Positions 1-12,080 of a stretch of 64,000 nt of DNA are shown here, one piece after another. This DNA is from Octopus sinensis (Eukaryota). The notes beneath the pieces are model-generated. The model had not been told where the DNA came from, did not search any database, and saw nothing but the letters and a program-made list of their open reading frames with translations. The stretch is from NCBI RefSeq assembly GCF_006345805.1, contig NC_043000.1, forward strand, positions 92,132,001-92,196,000. The letters are read 5' to 3'. Numbering within the stretch: the first letter of the stretch is position 1; every line of letters begins with the position of its first letter. A program made the position numbers and the translations under genes.

Positions 1-1502
1 CCAGCAAGTTTGTATGCTTTTCTTTTGCACTTGATGAGTCAATTGATGTATCAGACACATCCCAATTGTTATTGTTCATCAGAGGAATAAATGCCAATTT
101 TGAGATTACTGAGGAACTTGTATCTGTGAACAGCATGCATGGAACAACAACAGGCATAGATATTTTTAGAGAAGTGGAAAAGTCAGTGGCTGAGTATAAT
201 TTGGAATGGAAAAAACTAAAATGCATAACAACAGATGGTGGCAGAAATATGTGTGGAACCAAAAAGGGCTTATTTGGGCAAATTAACAAAGTAATTGAGA
301 ATTCCGGTGGATTGAAACCTTTGGTATTGCATTGTATTCTTCATCAGCAAGCACTGTGTGGAAAGCATCTTGATTTATCATCTGTATTAGATCCTGTGAT
401 TTCCACTGTTAACTACATAAGATCTCATGGACTCAAACATCGCCAATTTCGTGATTTCTTGGAGGAAATGAATGCTGAGTTTCCAGACCTACCTTACTAT
501 ACTTCAGTAAGATGGCTTAGCTATGGAAAAATTCTGGCTAGATTGTTTGAGCTTCGAACTGAAATTGAAATATTTTTAAATGAGAAAAACCATTCACAGG
601 TGTTGCTCAAAGACAGTGAATGGCTCTGGAAATTAGCATTTTCAGCCGATTTAACTATGCATCTCAATGATTTCAACCTACGGATACAAGGTGAAACTTC
701 ACTCATCTGTGATTTGTACTCAAAGGTGAAAGCTTTTCGTAAGAAATTAATACTATTTGAAAGTCAGTTAACAAGAAGCTGCTTTACTCATTTTTCACGA
801 TGTGACAAATATAGACAGGAAGCTGCCACTCCATTTCCAAACTTGTTTGCTCAAGATGTCATTTTAGCTTTGAAACAACAGTTTGAAGAACGTTTTTCTG
901 ATCTTGATGCATGTTCTTCAAATCTAAGAATTTTTGAAAATCCATTTAACTCTGTTATTGGAGACTTACCTTCTGAGTTACAAATGGAAGTTATTGATTT
1001 GCAATCCAATGACATCCTGAAGGACAAATATAAAGAGGGAAATTTGATTGAATTCTACAAATGCCTTCCATCCGACCAATTTCTTCATTTAAGGAGGTTT
1101 GCCTGTGAATTCATTTCAGTTTTTGGCACCACGTATTTGTGTGAGAAGACTTTTTCAAAGATGAAATACACAAAATCCTGCTACAGATCACAATTGTCTG
1201 ATGAACATTTAAATGCATTGCTTGTTATTGGAACCACTCATTTTGAACCTCAGTTGGATAAAATTTTGTCAGAAATGAAACAATTTCATGTTTCTCCTAT
1301 TGATCAAAGTTAAAAAAAACATGTTAATTGTTACTGATATTATATACATTGTGATTATGTACTGAATAAATAACCTTTTTTAATTATTAATTCACTATTT
1401 ATTTATATTATTTTGGTAAAATAAATAATTTAGAACCTTGGCCCCCGTAGCTTTAAAAATTCAGCAATGTGGCCCTCCGCTGGAAAACTTTGGAGACCCC
1501 TG
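1..1502 (+). mobile_element. Right part of a Buster-type hAT DNA transposon with right TIR
   Basis: Ends in TTTGGAGACCCCTG (reverse complement CAGGGGTCTCCAAA) at 1502, with subterminal GGCCC motifs. The next 8 bp TTCTACAG fit the nnnTAnnn Buster target consensus. Confidence 0.85.
3..1313 (+). CDS. hAT transposase, Buster/SPIN (GTF2IRD2-like) family, C-terminal about 436 aa; ORF begins upstream of the window
   Basis: Frame is open from base 3. It reads ALDESIDVSDTSQLLLFIRG (first catalytic D), TTDGGRNM (second D), HCILHQ (CxxH), VRWLS (RW), TTYLCEKTFSKMK (catalytic E) and the C-terminal dimerisation motif RSQLSDEHLNALL. No stops or frameshifts. Confidence 0.93.
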   Translation, partial: SKFVCFSFALDESIDVSDTSQLLLFIRGINANFEITEELVSVNSMHGTTTGIDIFREVEKSVAEYNLEWKKLKCITTDGGRNMCGTKKGLFGQINKVIENSGGLKPLVLHCILHQQALCGKHLDLSSVLDPVISTVNYIRSHGLKHRQFRDFLEEMNAEFPDLPYYTSVRWLSYGKILARLFELRTEIEIFLNEKNHSQVLLKDSEWLWKLAFSADLTMHLNDFNLRIQGETSLICDLYSKVKAFRKKLILFESQLTRSCFTHFSRCDKYRQEAATPFPNLFAQDVILALKQQFEERFSDLDACSSNLRIFENPFNSVIGDLPSELQMEVIDLQSNDILKDKYKEGNLIEFYKCLPSDQFLHLRRFACEFISVFGTTYLCEKTFSKMKYTKSCYRSQLSDEHLNALLVIGTTHFEPQLDKILSEMKQFHVSPIDQS

Positions 1503-1504
1503 TT

Positions 1505-2353
1505 CTACAGAATGAAGAGCAAGTCTTCTTCTATCATACTCTCAATTTCGATCAACTTGCGCTGCAGGGTCTTGAAGGAAATAGTGTTAGTTGAAGGCTA
1601 CCAAACCTGCCACACACAGACAACTTCAGCTTTATGTATATAGATTTGCTACACACTACTTTCCATCCTTAATAATGAAACTTGGTAGATCCAAAAGTTA
1701 AACACACACACACAGACACACAAGTTGAGTTTTATATATATATATATATAGATTTCTCAACGGGGATTTCAGGGGAGAGTTTCAGGGAGTCGCTGGCAAT
1801 GTATCGTGATGATCAAAAATCCGGCCTGCTAAAATTTGGTTAAAGTGATTCAAACTGCACACTCAACGCAAAATGGTCACATTTAATTCAAAGCGTTAAA
1901 CATGTTATGGAAACAATTGGTATGTGTTCACAAAGTCCAAACGATTAATACGAAAAAACCCTCCAGGCTACATCCCGAAAATTCATTTCTTTGCCGAATT
2001 TCTTCAATGTTTACAGCGATTCGTTTTTATATCTTGATTTTTTATTTTTCATGCAACTTACTCATGCTTGCACACGTGGTGAACACAGTTCACGTCAAAC
2101 AGCTGACTGAGTAAAGTTCACTATTCAATGCATGGGATATGGTCTAAACAAACACATTATCGATTTTTGCACTTGCGAGATGAATTTTGGAACAGAAATA
2201 GCGCAGTTCAATTTTCATTCACCTAAACTTTAAGTGACCCATTTTTGGTGGTTCTACGATTTGTTGGCTAGGACATGTGCTGGGAAGTTAAACACACAGA
2301 CACACACACAGATAGACACACAGACACACAAGTTGAGTTTTATATATATAGAT
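1505..2353 (-). mobile_element. Non-autonomous Helitron-like sequence with three stacked 5' termini
   Basis: On the minus strand the motif A|TCTAT(AT)nAAA followed by a TG/TCTG microsatellite recurs at 2352, 1752 and 1644. No 3' CTAG end was found. Confidence 0.45.
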
Positions 2354-2659
2354 ATTGCTTATTTCATTGCAAAGACAAGCAATGTAAATGTTAGTTTCTG
2401 TGATTCAAGTTCCTTATATACTTTTGATAAGGACAAATATTAATTATTGTTTTCAGAAAGTAATATTTTGACTTATGGATAAAGGAAAAAGAATGATATT
2501 TAATTCAAATATAAGGCACAAACATAGTATGGCAGATTTCTGTTTTTGCAAGAAAACGGGTTTACTTTTCCCCCAGTGTCGACTCAGTGTTTTATATTTT
2601 TTTAATTAGAATACAGATATATAGTCAGTACTGTGTGTTAATTAATGCATAATGCATTA

Positions 2660-3870
2660 AATTTTGATTTATATGTTAATAAAACATATTTCTTCATTGT
2701 TTCATTGATTTTCCATTGTTGAGTTGTTGATAGAATGGGAAGGATGAATAGTATGACAAGACATGTACTCCACAATTTTCTAAATGTTGATTAACGAAAT
2801 TTTTCCTTGTATATGGTTCTCTAATCTGTTGGTGATGTACTGTCATTTCTTTCTGAGTGTCATACTTGTTTCCCCAGTGTAGTGTAAGTGGCAACATTTA
2901 CATGTTATAATTTATATCAAGCTATCTGAATTACTCGGCAAATTGCTTTTAATTGTGAGAGTAGAAACCTCTTTCAAGTTAAATTCAGGATAGATAGCTA
3001 CATACTTCATGGTCCAGTCAGTTGCATTTTCTGTCATTGGGGGTCTGTAGTTAGTATGTATAGGATTACTTTTGTCAACATTTTTTTCAATGATTTTTCT
3101 TGTCTCTTTTTAATGATTGGAGGTTTTACAATTTGGGGGCCGTGTAATAGTACTGGCAACTTTATACTGATATTGGTGAAAATTTTGGTGTTCTTTGGAC
3201 TAAAGCTTGAAATTTATGTAAACATGTCTTTTTTTGTATTTTGTTGTTCCAAGTTCTCGTATGTTAATATGTTTTAATTTTAAAATTCCAAAGTTAATCA
3301 ACTTTGTCGGATATTTTCTTTTTGACAAGTAGTTTTTCATTCCTTCTAATCTTTGTTTTATTAGTTTAGGATTTGAGATAATAATGCAGATTTGATTTGC
3401 TTAGTTGAGTGCAATCTTACTTTGAATGTGTTTTGGGTGATATGATAGGAAAAGGAGGAACAGTCGTAAGTTAGTGGGTTTAAAATATCTACCTGTTTCT
3501 TAGTATTGTGTTTCTTTTTGTTACATGTATATCTAAGAAATGGGGTTCATCACTATTGAAGTATATAGATTTACTGTAGACTTCAGTAATGATAAACCCT
3601 TTTTTTAAATGAAACTTTGAAAATTGTTCAACCAGTTTATAAAATAGAAATTATTGTCTAGAAATATTTTCCAGTTTTTGTCATAGAACAGTTGAATTCA
3701 TCTCCAACTATTTAAGAGGATTTTTCAGATTTTCAGTTCATGGTATTCAATGACCAAGTTAGCATATAGTAGGGCAACTTTCGTTCCCATGAAACTTTAT
3801 CAATGATCTGTGCAACTGAACATAAAGTAGTTTCCGAAAATAAACATGAGGTTATCTACAATAAATTTTC
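2660..3870 (-). pseudogene. Decayed Penelope-like element (RT C-terminal half plus GIY-YIG endonuclease)
   Basis: Manual minus-strand translation gives MGTKVALLYANLVI (cf. MGTKxAPxYANL), WKIFLDNNF (cf. WKRFLDD), FLDIHVTK, KYPTKLI...KKRQEKSLKKMLT, then LI*IITCKCCHLHYTGETSMTLR/MTVHHQQIREP...FPFY (GIY-YIG). Many stops and frameshifts. Confidence 0.85.
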
Positions 3871-5278
3871 TGTCTGTCTCTTTCTCTGTTTATTTGTATG
3901 TATGTGTATGCGAGTACACTGGGCATAGTGGGTAGTGTTTCATGAGCCCTTTTTGTATACAAAGATCATGCAAACCATATATGCTTTCATGGGTGACTGT
4001 AAGCATATGAAGTTGCTTGTATTTGATAGCAAGGGTGTTGTATTGTTCACAAAACTCAAAGCAAGCATGTAATGACAAGGAGAAGTCAGGGACACACACA
4101 CACAAACACACACATACATACGCACGCACACACACAAAAGCAAAGTTGACCTTAGCAAAATTTGAACCCAGAACATAACAATGTATGAAATGTCTCTAAG
4201 CAATTCATTTAACATGCTAATGATTCTGCCAACTCAATGCCTTAACTTAATGTGTAATAACAATAGGAATAATCTTTGTGGTTACCCTGTCCATGGTATG
4301 ACCATAAACACAATAAATTTCAACAACCCTTTTCTCTCTACCCAAGCCATGTTGGCTTTTCTTACAATTGTTACGTGTTCCAAAGTTAACTCAAGCTTTA
4401 TTTTACTTTATATTACTACAACATTCACCTCCACTCAGCCTCATTCTTTGCTATGGCTACAGTTATATTATCACTATTGCTACCACAAGTACCAAGGAAA
4501 TATGCACCTTCACTGCTTAAGCCACCTACTACCACCACCACCACTATCGTTACCACTGCCACCAGCACCACCAGTCCCAGCATGTATACAACCATATTTA
4601 AAACCAAGGCAAATTCTGGCAGCTACCACCATTAATCTCTGCAGTAGCACCACCCAGCATCATACCTCACCCCCATCCCATACATATTATGCCTAGCTGA
4701 TTCTCATCATTTCAGTACGTTGATAATGTTGCAAATGCCAACCATCATTTACAATTAATAAACAAACATTGTTTATGGCGAAAGTATTTTGTCCATACAT
4801 AATTATGACAAGCATATTTTGTTTAGGAAATAAATATTCTCATGTCTCTGGTATGTTTGCATAAAAATTTAATAAACTCATCCAAGTGCTAATGTACCTC
4901 AATAACACATAATATAACAACAGACTTTATTTGTGGTAGTTAATATACGAACGTACAGTAATATCTCACTTCACAAGAATCTGCTTTACAAGACCCTGAG
5001 TTTACAAGGTCTATTTTTCAAGTTTTGTTTTTCAATCACAAGATCTAAATTTTGAATGAAGCGTAAAAGTTTCTACTACCATAACAAATGCTTCTGCATG
5101 TAACCAAGAAATATATAGATAGCAAAAAAAAAGAGCCCCTTGTAAACAAACAACTCTAAACTTGATTTTTAAAACGAAATCAACAAATCCATACGAGTAC
5201 TTGTGAATATGCAATCGTGTCTACAAGTGATGATGTGCATGAGTCAAGCGTGAGTGAAAGTGATTCAGAAAACAATAA

Positions 5279-5879
5279 TAACAAGAGCACTCAGACTGTG
5301 CAAACCTCCGCCAGGGCAACACCAATGTCCTCTCAACGATTAGCCAGAGATGATTTTTAAAGTGAGAATATCTGAAAGAAACTCAACTGCTCTCACAAAC
5401 TAGAATACTAAAAACGAACCCGGCTGCTCGCAAAAATTATGTAAAAAAAAAAACCAGAAAAATAATCTAGAATACTTGTCCAGTACCTGATCAATCCCAA
5501 CGGTAGTCATGGAATGTGAAGGTGGCTGTAGAAAATTTAGAAACAGTAATAGATAGTTAATCCTTATCTAATACAAGCCAAAGTTAACAAATTCACCATT
5601 CAAAATAGTTACAGCCTAAAGGGAGATAATTGAGAAAGACTTGAAAGTTAATGTAAGATCGTAACGATGTAAAGTAAATATAACAAATAATTCAGAAACG
5701 TTGTCTAGCACCAGATCGATCCCGAAATCTAGTCAGTGTGTGCCAGTCATGAGACCAAACATCCCTGAAAGTTTCATCCATATCCATCCAGCAGTTCTTG
5801 AGATATCTTGTCCACAGACAAACCAACAAACACAACTGAAAAACAATACCTCTGCTTCCACTAAGGCAGAGGTAACAAT
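5279..5879 (+). mobile_element. Helentron-associated (DINE-1/HINE-like) non-autonomous element
   Basis: Starts AACAAGAGC with subterminal AACCTCCGCC. Contains AAAGTTTCATCC...GAGATATC...ACAGACAAAC and ends in the 3' stem-loop TACCTCTGC-TTCCACTAAG-GCAGAGGTA (5847-5874). Confidence 0.55.
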
Positions 5880-6194
5880 GATAATTATAAATGGTCTTGA
5901 CAGTCTACTTACTTTGCATTAAATATTCTTTCCATTTTATTGTTGTTTTATTGCCATTTATTTATGGATATTATCAATTTTATAAGTAAAGTATTTTTCT
6001 GGGAATGAATAATGATTTATAACATTGCTACTATAGGAAATTATTGCCCTGGTTTACAAGTTTTCACTTTATGAGCAGCCTCTAGGTGCAAATTAACTCA
6101 TATATCGAGGCATTGCTGTATGTGCCTGCATGTGATTGCATGTGTTTGTGAGTGTGTGGGTATGTTTCCTAAAAATGTATTTCGCTTTTATCTA

Positions 6195-6590
6195 TTACGT
6201 GTTTCAGTCACTTGACTGTGGCCATGCTGGTGCAGCACCTTGAAGAAATTTTAGTCGAACAAATAGACCCCGGGACTTATTTTTTGTTTTTTAAACCTGG
6301 TACTTATTCTATTGGTTGCTGCTAAGTTAGGGGATGTAAACATGCCAATACTGTTTGTCAAGCAGTGGGGGGGGGGGGAACAAACACAGACACAAAGACA
6401 CACATACACACACACACACATATGACAGGCTTCTTTCAGTTTCCATCTACCAAATCCACTCCACAAGGCTTTGGTTGGCTCAAGGCTATAGTAGAAGACA
6501 CTTGCACAAGGTGTCACACAGTGGGACTGAACCTAGAGCCATGTGGCTGGGAAGCAACCTTCTTACCACACAGTCACATCTGCACCTATA
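6195..6590 (-). mobile_element. tRNA-derived SINE, family A (octopus-type), near full length
   Basis: A-box/B-box-like head (GTGTGGTAAG...GGTTCAGTCCC), internal (GT)n and tail GACTGAAAC; matches many other copies in the window. Confidence 0.85.
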
Positions 6591-6999
6591 TGTATTTTTT
6601 CTTTTAATTCTCTTGTTGAACGATTTAATGTTCATCTAAAGAATTTCTCTTTTCCTATTTTTGTACTGCTTTATTTCATTCTAATTCTTTAATCCATTAC
6701 AAGATGTAATATCTACAGAAACTAGAATCAAGTGAATGACTGTAAAAACATGAAGTCGAATCTTGAAATGACTGAGTTTTTAGTCAAATGGTTGAAGATG
6801 AATGAAAGAAAGGTTAGAATAACATATTTTGTTTTTGTATTTGGTTTGCAAGATTCTTGATGTGATATATTGCATTGAAACAAATTTTGTTGTTCCTTAG
6901 GAGGGTCAATATTCTAATAAAATCACACACACTGGAAAGGGATATTTGTCTACTAGTTAATCATTTAACCAATTAATTAATTAATCATTTAAGTTGGCG

Positions 7000-7205
7000 A
7001 GCTGGTAGAATCATTAGGATGCCAGGCAAAATGCTTAGTGGCATTTTGTCTGTCTTTACGTTCTGAATTCAAATTCCACTGAAGCTGACTTTACCTTTCA
7101 TCTCTTCAGGGTCAATAAATGAAGTATCAATTGAATACATGGGTCAATTTAAGTTACAAAGCTCCTTTTCCAAACTTATTGTCCTTGTGTCAAAATTTGA
7201 AACCA
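7000..7205 (+). mobile_element. tRNA-derived SINE, family B (MetaSINE-like)
   Basis: Head GGCGAGCTGG, then TTCTGAATTCAAATTCC and the CTTTCATC...GGGTCAATAAA...AGTA core resembling the Meta domain. Confidence 0.7.
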
Positions 7206-7739
7206 ATTAGTCTGTCATTTAATTAATTGGTTAGACAATCAATCAGTTAGGTTTGTCAGAGTGCTTTCATTGCCATTCAGAGTCTTTTTCACATCTCCAG
7301 AAATATGAATATAAAATCTGAAACCTAGGAAGCAGGCATGTTTGGGGTAGTGAGAGCATGTACTTGATGAGGTTGTAAATTTTAAGGAAAGGGGTTTGAT
7401 GAATCTAGCTGATTGAGTGATCAGACAATTAATCAAATTATTGATTAGTTTATTGGTTGCATGATTAACTAGTTGACTAATAATAATAAAAGAAGTGAAA
7501 TAGAAGCAGTACGGGTGGTTTCAGTGGCATAATGAACCTCCCAAAATTCAACAAAGAATCACTGAGATCATATAAACCTTTAAGAAGCAGGGGAAAATTT
7601 TCCCAATTAGAAAGCAGTTGTAGGCAAGAATTTTTATGACATTTAGTCAGTGTAAAATATAATCCACATAAGTATGTGCTATGAGATATCTGTCAGACAA
7701 TCAAGATATGAAGACTTTTGATCAGCAAATTATGAAGTG

Positions 7740-8340
7740 AAGATTATAGAGTAGTTGGATGCTATATTTCAAGTGGCTGATCAATTGTGTTACTTTGGTA
7801 AAATAAGTGGTGCAGAACTTGAAGAAAATGGTAACATAGCAATTAGAGTTTGAATTAGCAGCAGAAAGTTATTGTCTATTTATACAAGAATGGTTGTTTT
7901 GTTCAAGACTTTGTCAGTCAAGAAAGAGTAGAAATGCTATAACTAACTTGCATGATCTCTGGCAGGAGAAAGGAAGGAAGCAAGCACAATTTGTTGTTTA
8001 TTTTCATATGAAGAAACACCTCGAAGTATTGGAATATCCTCAATCCACAAATCTGGTTTGAATGTTCAAGATATTGTGGATTCTGCCAAAGGTAGCTAAC
8101 AAGGACCTGATGGTCCTTATGATATCAAAATGGTTAACTCAATTAAGTCTGAGCTTGTAGTGTAAACGAGGAAATAATGTCAGGACTCTAGTTTGAAAGA
8201 TAACACAAACAAGATGGATGAAAAATGCAGACCATAAGAAGTTGAAATGAAATGGTTTTGATAGACCTGGAAATTTTGGACTTCATAAATAAGATGACAA
8301 AAGGAAATAAATATTACTGCGGACATGCACAAACCATATA
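7740..8340 (+). pseudogene. Very degraded RTE-type LINE C-terminal fragment
   Basis: Weak resemblance of VADQLCYFG and WMKKCR...DRPG to the VVDSFRYLG and VRKCQ...GRPRKTW segments of the element at 48129-48794. Confidence 0.3.
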
Positions 8341-9066
8341 GCTAACTTGTGGAGAAAATCAAACATTAAAAAAAATCACTGTGAAGAAAATGAAAACATT
8401 TTCTTTTCATGTTCAACCACGCTTGTACAAATGTTCATCCGTTAACTATCATAAAGCTTTTAATGTTCTAGCTATGATACACATTTTAAGTCTGTGGATT
8501 ATAGATATATTTTCCTTTACTGAGAACTGAAGTTCATCTCTGCTTTGATCTAGGTTGGTTGCTATACATCTTGTTGCTCTGATAACATTATCAAATCTGA
8601 ACATATATTTTTGATATTTAAAAAAAAAATCACATATGGCAGGAATTCTTTGAATGTTTTCTTTTTATTAACCACATTAATATAAAATGGGTAATTATCT
8701 TGAAGAACAAATCATGTCTTTATCGTTTTGTCTCTGATAACAATGTCAGGTCGACTGTGCATTACTTTAACATTGATATTTATTTTACGTTTCTTACAAT
8801 ACTATTATGTATGCCTTAACGCATATTTTTTCCTATTTTTTTATTTTTGTATTCTTTCAATTTGCCTAATAAGTGTTTTACTATAAAACAAGTTTCACTA
8901 ACTAGAATTTAGAAAATATCAAAACAGGTAGAGCCGTAGAGTGAACTTAAGAAAAGTCTTGCATATTTTTACAGTCTTTGGCATTGTGCCAAGACAAACG
9001 AAATCAATATTGCCGCTGATGTTGAATTATTACACACAATGTTAAAAAGAAGGCAGCAATATTACT

Positions 9067-9241
9067 TACAAATACACACACACACACACACACACACGTG
9101 TGTGGTATATGTATAAAAGCTTGTAAATGTGTGTGCATGTGTTCATTATATACATATACTCACATACATATATGCATATGCATTTACCTATATAATATAT
9201 ACACATATACACAGATATATACATATATATGTATGTATGTG

Positions 9242-9292
<51 letters not shown>

Positions 9293-9510
9293 ATAATATA
9301 TGTACATATATGTACACATGTATATGATATACGTGCATATATGTACACATATATCCAAACACACTCACATATATATATACAGACATTTACATATGTATAT
9401 ACATGTATCTATATATATATACACACATATGTGTGTATATATACATATACATACATACATATATATGCATATATGTGTATATATATATATGTACATATAT
9501 ATATATGTAC

Positions 9511-9541
<31 letters not shown>

Positions 9542-9710
9542 TATGTGTATGTATATATACATACACATATATATACATATATGTATGTATATATATATGT
9601 ATATTTATATGTGTGTAGATATACATCTGTATATATCTATATATATATATGTGTTTGTGGGTGTGTGTATAATTATGTGTGTGTGTGTGTGTATATATAT
9701 ATGTGTGAGT
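9067..9710. repeat. Compound (AC)n/(AT)n/(ATAC)n microsatellite, about 640 bp
   Basis: Seen directly; source of the spurious Y/I/M/C-rich ORFs. Confidence 0.95.
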
Positions 9711-10094
9711 TTGTGTATTACAAGCCAGTCAGTTATAATAAATGACTACCAGAAATGATAAAGTAGTAAGATTAATTGTAACAAATATTACATGTAATGG
9801 TGTCCCATAAATCTTACGCTCCACGCTCACTGAATTTCTGTGTGTTATTAAATTCCACTAAAACATGGCCTCTCATCTTTATTGTTATGCAACTAAGTAT
9901 TAATAATACCAAGTTATGAATTGGTGTGACACATGAGCAACTAAGCTAATGGAGAAAACATTGCTATCATGAGACAGTTATTGCTCTTCTTTGCGGTCGT
10001 CGCTGTTTCGATAGCACTGATGTTTTCTCCATTGACTGCAACAATGATTATATTTTACAGTTTCAAGGTCAGTGGAACTGAAGGAAACACTGAA

Positions 10095-10423
10095 GAGAGA
10101 CAGAGACAGAAACAGAGGCAGAGGCAGAGACTGAAACAGAGAAAGAGATATAAAGGGAGACAGATAGGTAGGTAGATAGGCGGGTATGTAGGAAGGTGGA
10201 AAGAAATATAGATAGATAGATAGATAGAGAGATAGATAGGGAGAGAGAGAGAGGGATAGATAGACATATAGATAGATAGACAGACAGGCAGGTAGAGAGA
10301 CAGACAGACACACAGATAGATAAAAAGGACTGACAGATAGATGTATAAATAGACAGATAGCTAGCTAGCTAGAGAGATAGACAGAGAAACAAAACAGAAA
10401 GACAGACAGACAGACAGACAGAC

Positions 10424-10459
<36 letters not shown>

Positions 10460-10670
10460 GATGATGATGGATATGTAGATAGTTAACCAGGCAGAGAAAC
10501 AGACAAATAGATTGATAAATAGACAGAGGCAGACAGATAGATAGATAGTATAGCTAAAGAAATATATAGATAGACAGACAGATAAATTGATAGACAGACT
10601 GACAGATAGATAGGTAGATAGATAGATAGGTAGGTAGGTAGATAGACAGACAGACAGGCTGAGAGATAAA
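10095..10670. repeat. Compound (GATA)n/(GACA)n/(GA)n microsatellite
   Basis: Seen directly. Confidence 0.95.
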
Positions 10671-10854
10671 CAAGGAAGTTAAGAGATTCACAGACTTTAA
10701 GCTACTTAGAATGATGTTTTGCTTTGTTGAATTTGAAATTATTCTAAGGCTTTTTTTTCTGCTGTTCATATTCATGGAAGTCAATAAAATCAATGATAAA
10801 ATATGTCACCTAATAAAATAAATACCAGTATAATTCTGGGATTAATTTAGTTTG

Positions 10855-11270
10855 GGCATGGCTGTATTGTAAGACGCTTGCTTTCCAATCGCATGATTCT
10901 GGGTTCAGTCCCACTGTGTACACCTAGGGCAAGTGTCTTCTACTATAGTCTCTGGTTGACCAAAGCCTCATGAATAGTTTTGGTATATGGAGACTGAAAG
11001 AAGCCTGTTATATATACATATATATATATATATGTATATATCTACGTGTGTGTGATTTTATATATGTGTTTGTTCCACCACCACTGCTTGACAACCGGTG
11101 TTGGTTTGTTTACATCCCTGTAACTTAGGGGTTCAGCAAAAGAAACCAATAGAATAAGAGCTGAGCTAAAAAAAATAACTACTTGGGTCGATTTGTTCAC
11201 CTAAAACCCTCCAAAGCAGTGCTCCATCATGGCCACAGTCAAATGACTAAAACGTAAAAAAATAGATGAA
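10855..11270 (+). mobile_element. SINE family A
   Basis: Head GGCATGGCTGT...GGGTTCAGTCCCACTG through tail CAGTCAAATGACTAAAAC. Confidence 0.85.
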
Positions 11271-11550
11271 TATAAAAAATATATATTTAATGATTTGTCT
11301 TCCTTGTTTTAAATATGTGCCAAATGCATGCTAGTTTGTCCGTGGATGGCTCTTGTTGCCCAAAAAGTTTTATTATGAGAAATAGTTGCTTGAGGTTCTC
11401 TTAGCTTTCTGGAGAAAGCCACTCTATGAGTGGTCTCCCTTGATTCTCCTGATGATACAACTTAGCTGTTACTTAGAAAGAAAGAGTTGGAGATAGTTGC
11501 ATAGATAGATATGTAGGTAAATAGATCCAGAGTGAGAGATATATATATAG

Positions 11551-11581
<31 letters not shown>

Positions 11582-12080
11582 AAAGATCTTGTTGTTATTT
11601 TTCTTGTAGGTTTTCTTCTTTCTTCCTCCTCCTTCTCCACCCTCTCCTCTTTTCTTGGAAAATAGAACTTTGAAAGTTTCTTACTGTTCAGACTGATCTT
11701 TTTTCAATTTTCTGTGCCTTGCTCTAAGTCACATCCATTTCTCTCATCTTATTTCAATTATTCTCTTCTGGCTGTTCTGTGACCATTCCAGGCTTTCATT
11801 TTCCAGGTGATATCTGCCATCAGATTACTTTTGATATGAAATTAGAGAAATAAATGAACAAGAATTAGATAATCAGCTTCATTAGCTTACAGCTGCTTCT
11901 GCTATAAGATGTAGTGAATTCAGAGATGAGTGGTTGTGCATCATTTTGCACCTCCTTCGATGATGTCCTAGCCTATTCTAACAGCATGAATTAAACCATC
12001 TGAGTTGTTGGCAGTATATTTCAAAGAAACACACCATTGCAATTAATTTGACATACTTTGAATGAGAAAGCCATTCAAGG

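Noticed and set aside
6726-6812. Candidate first coding exon MKSNLEMTEFLVKWLKMNERK with AAG|GTTAGA donor
   Set aside because: Weak acceptor and no recognisable homology; indistinguishable from a chance pseudo-exon. The same applies to 27215-27290, 29702-29782 and 36722-36820.
8520-8595. SH3-like or kinase-like resemblance (DELQFS; ERGAFDNV)
   Set aside because: Too few residues match to name a domain; kept only as an unassigned candidate exon.
9969-10175. ORF with a signal-peptide-like N-terminus (MRQLLLFFAVVAVSIALMF)
   Set aside because: It runs straight into a (GA/GACA)n repeat. The hydrophobic stretch coincides with the hairpin, which explains the region better.
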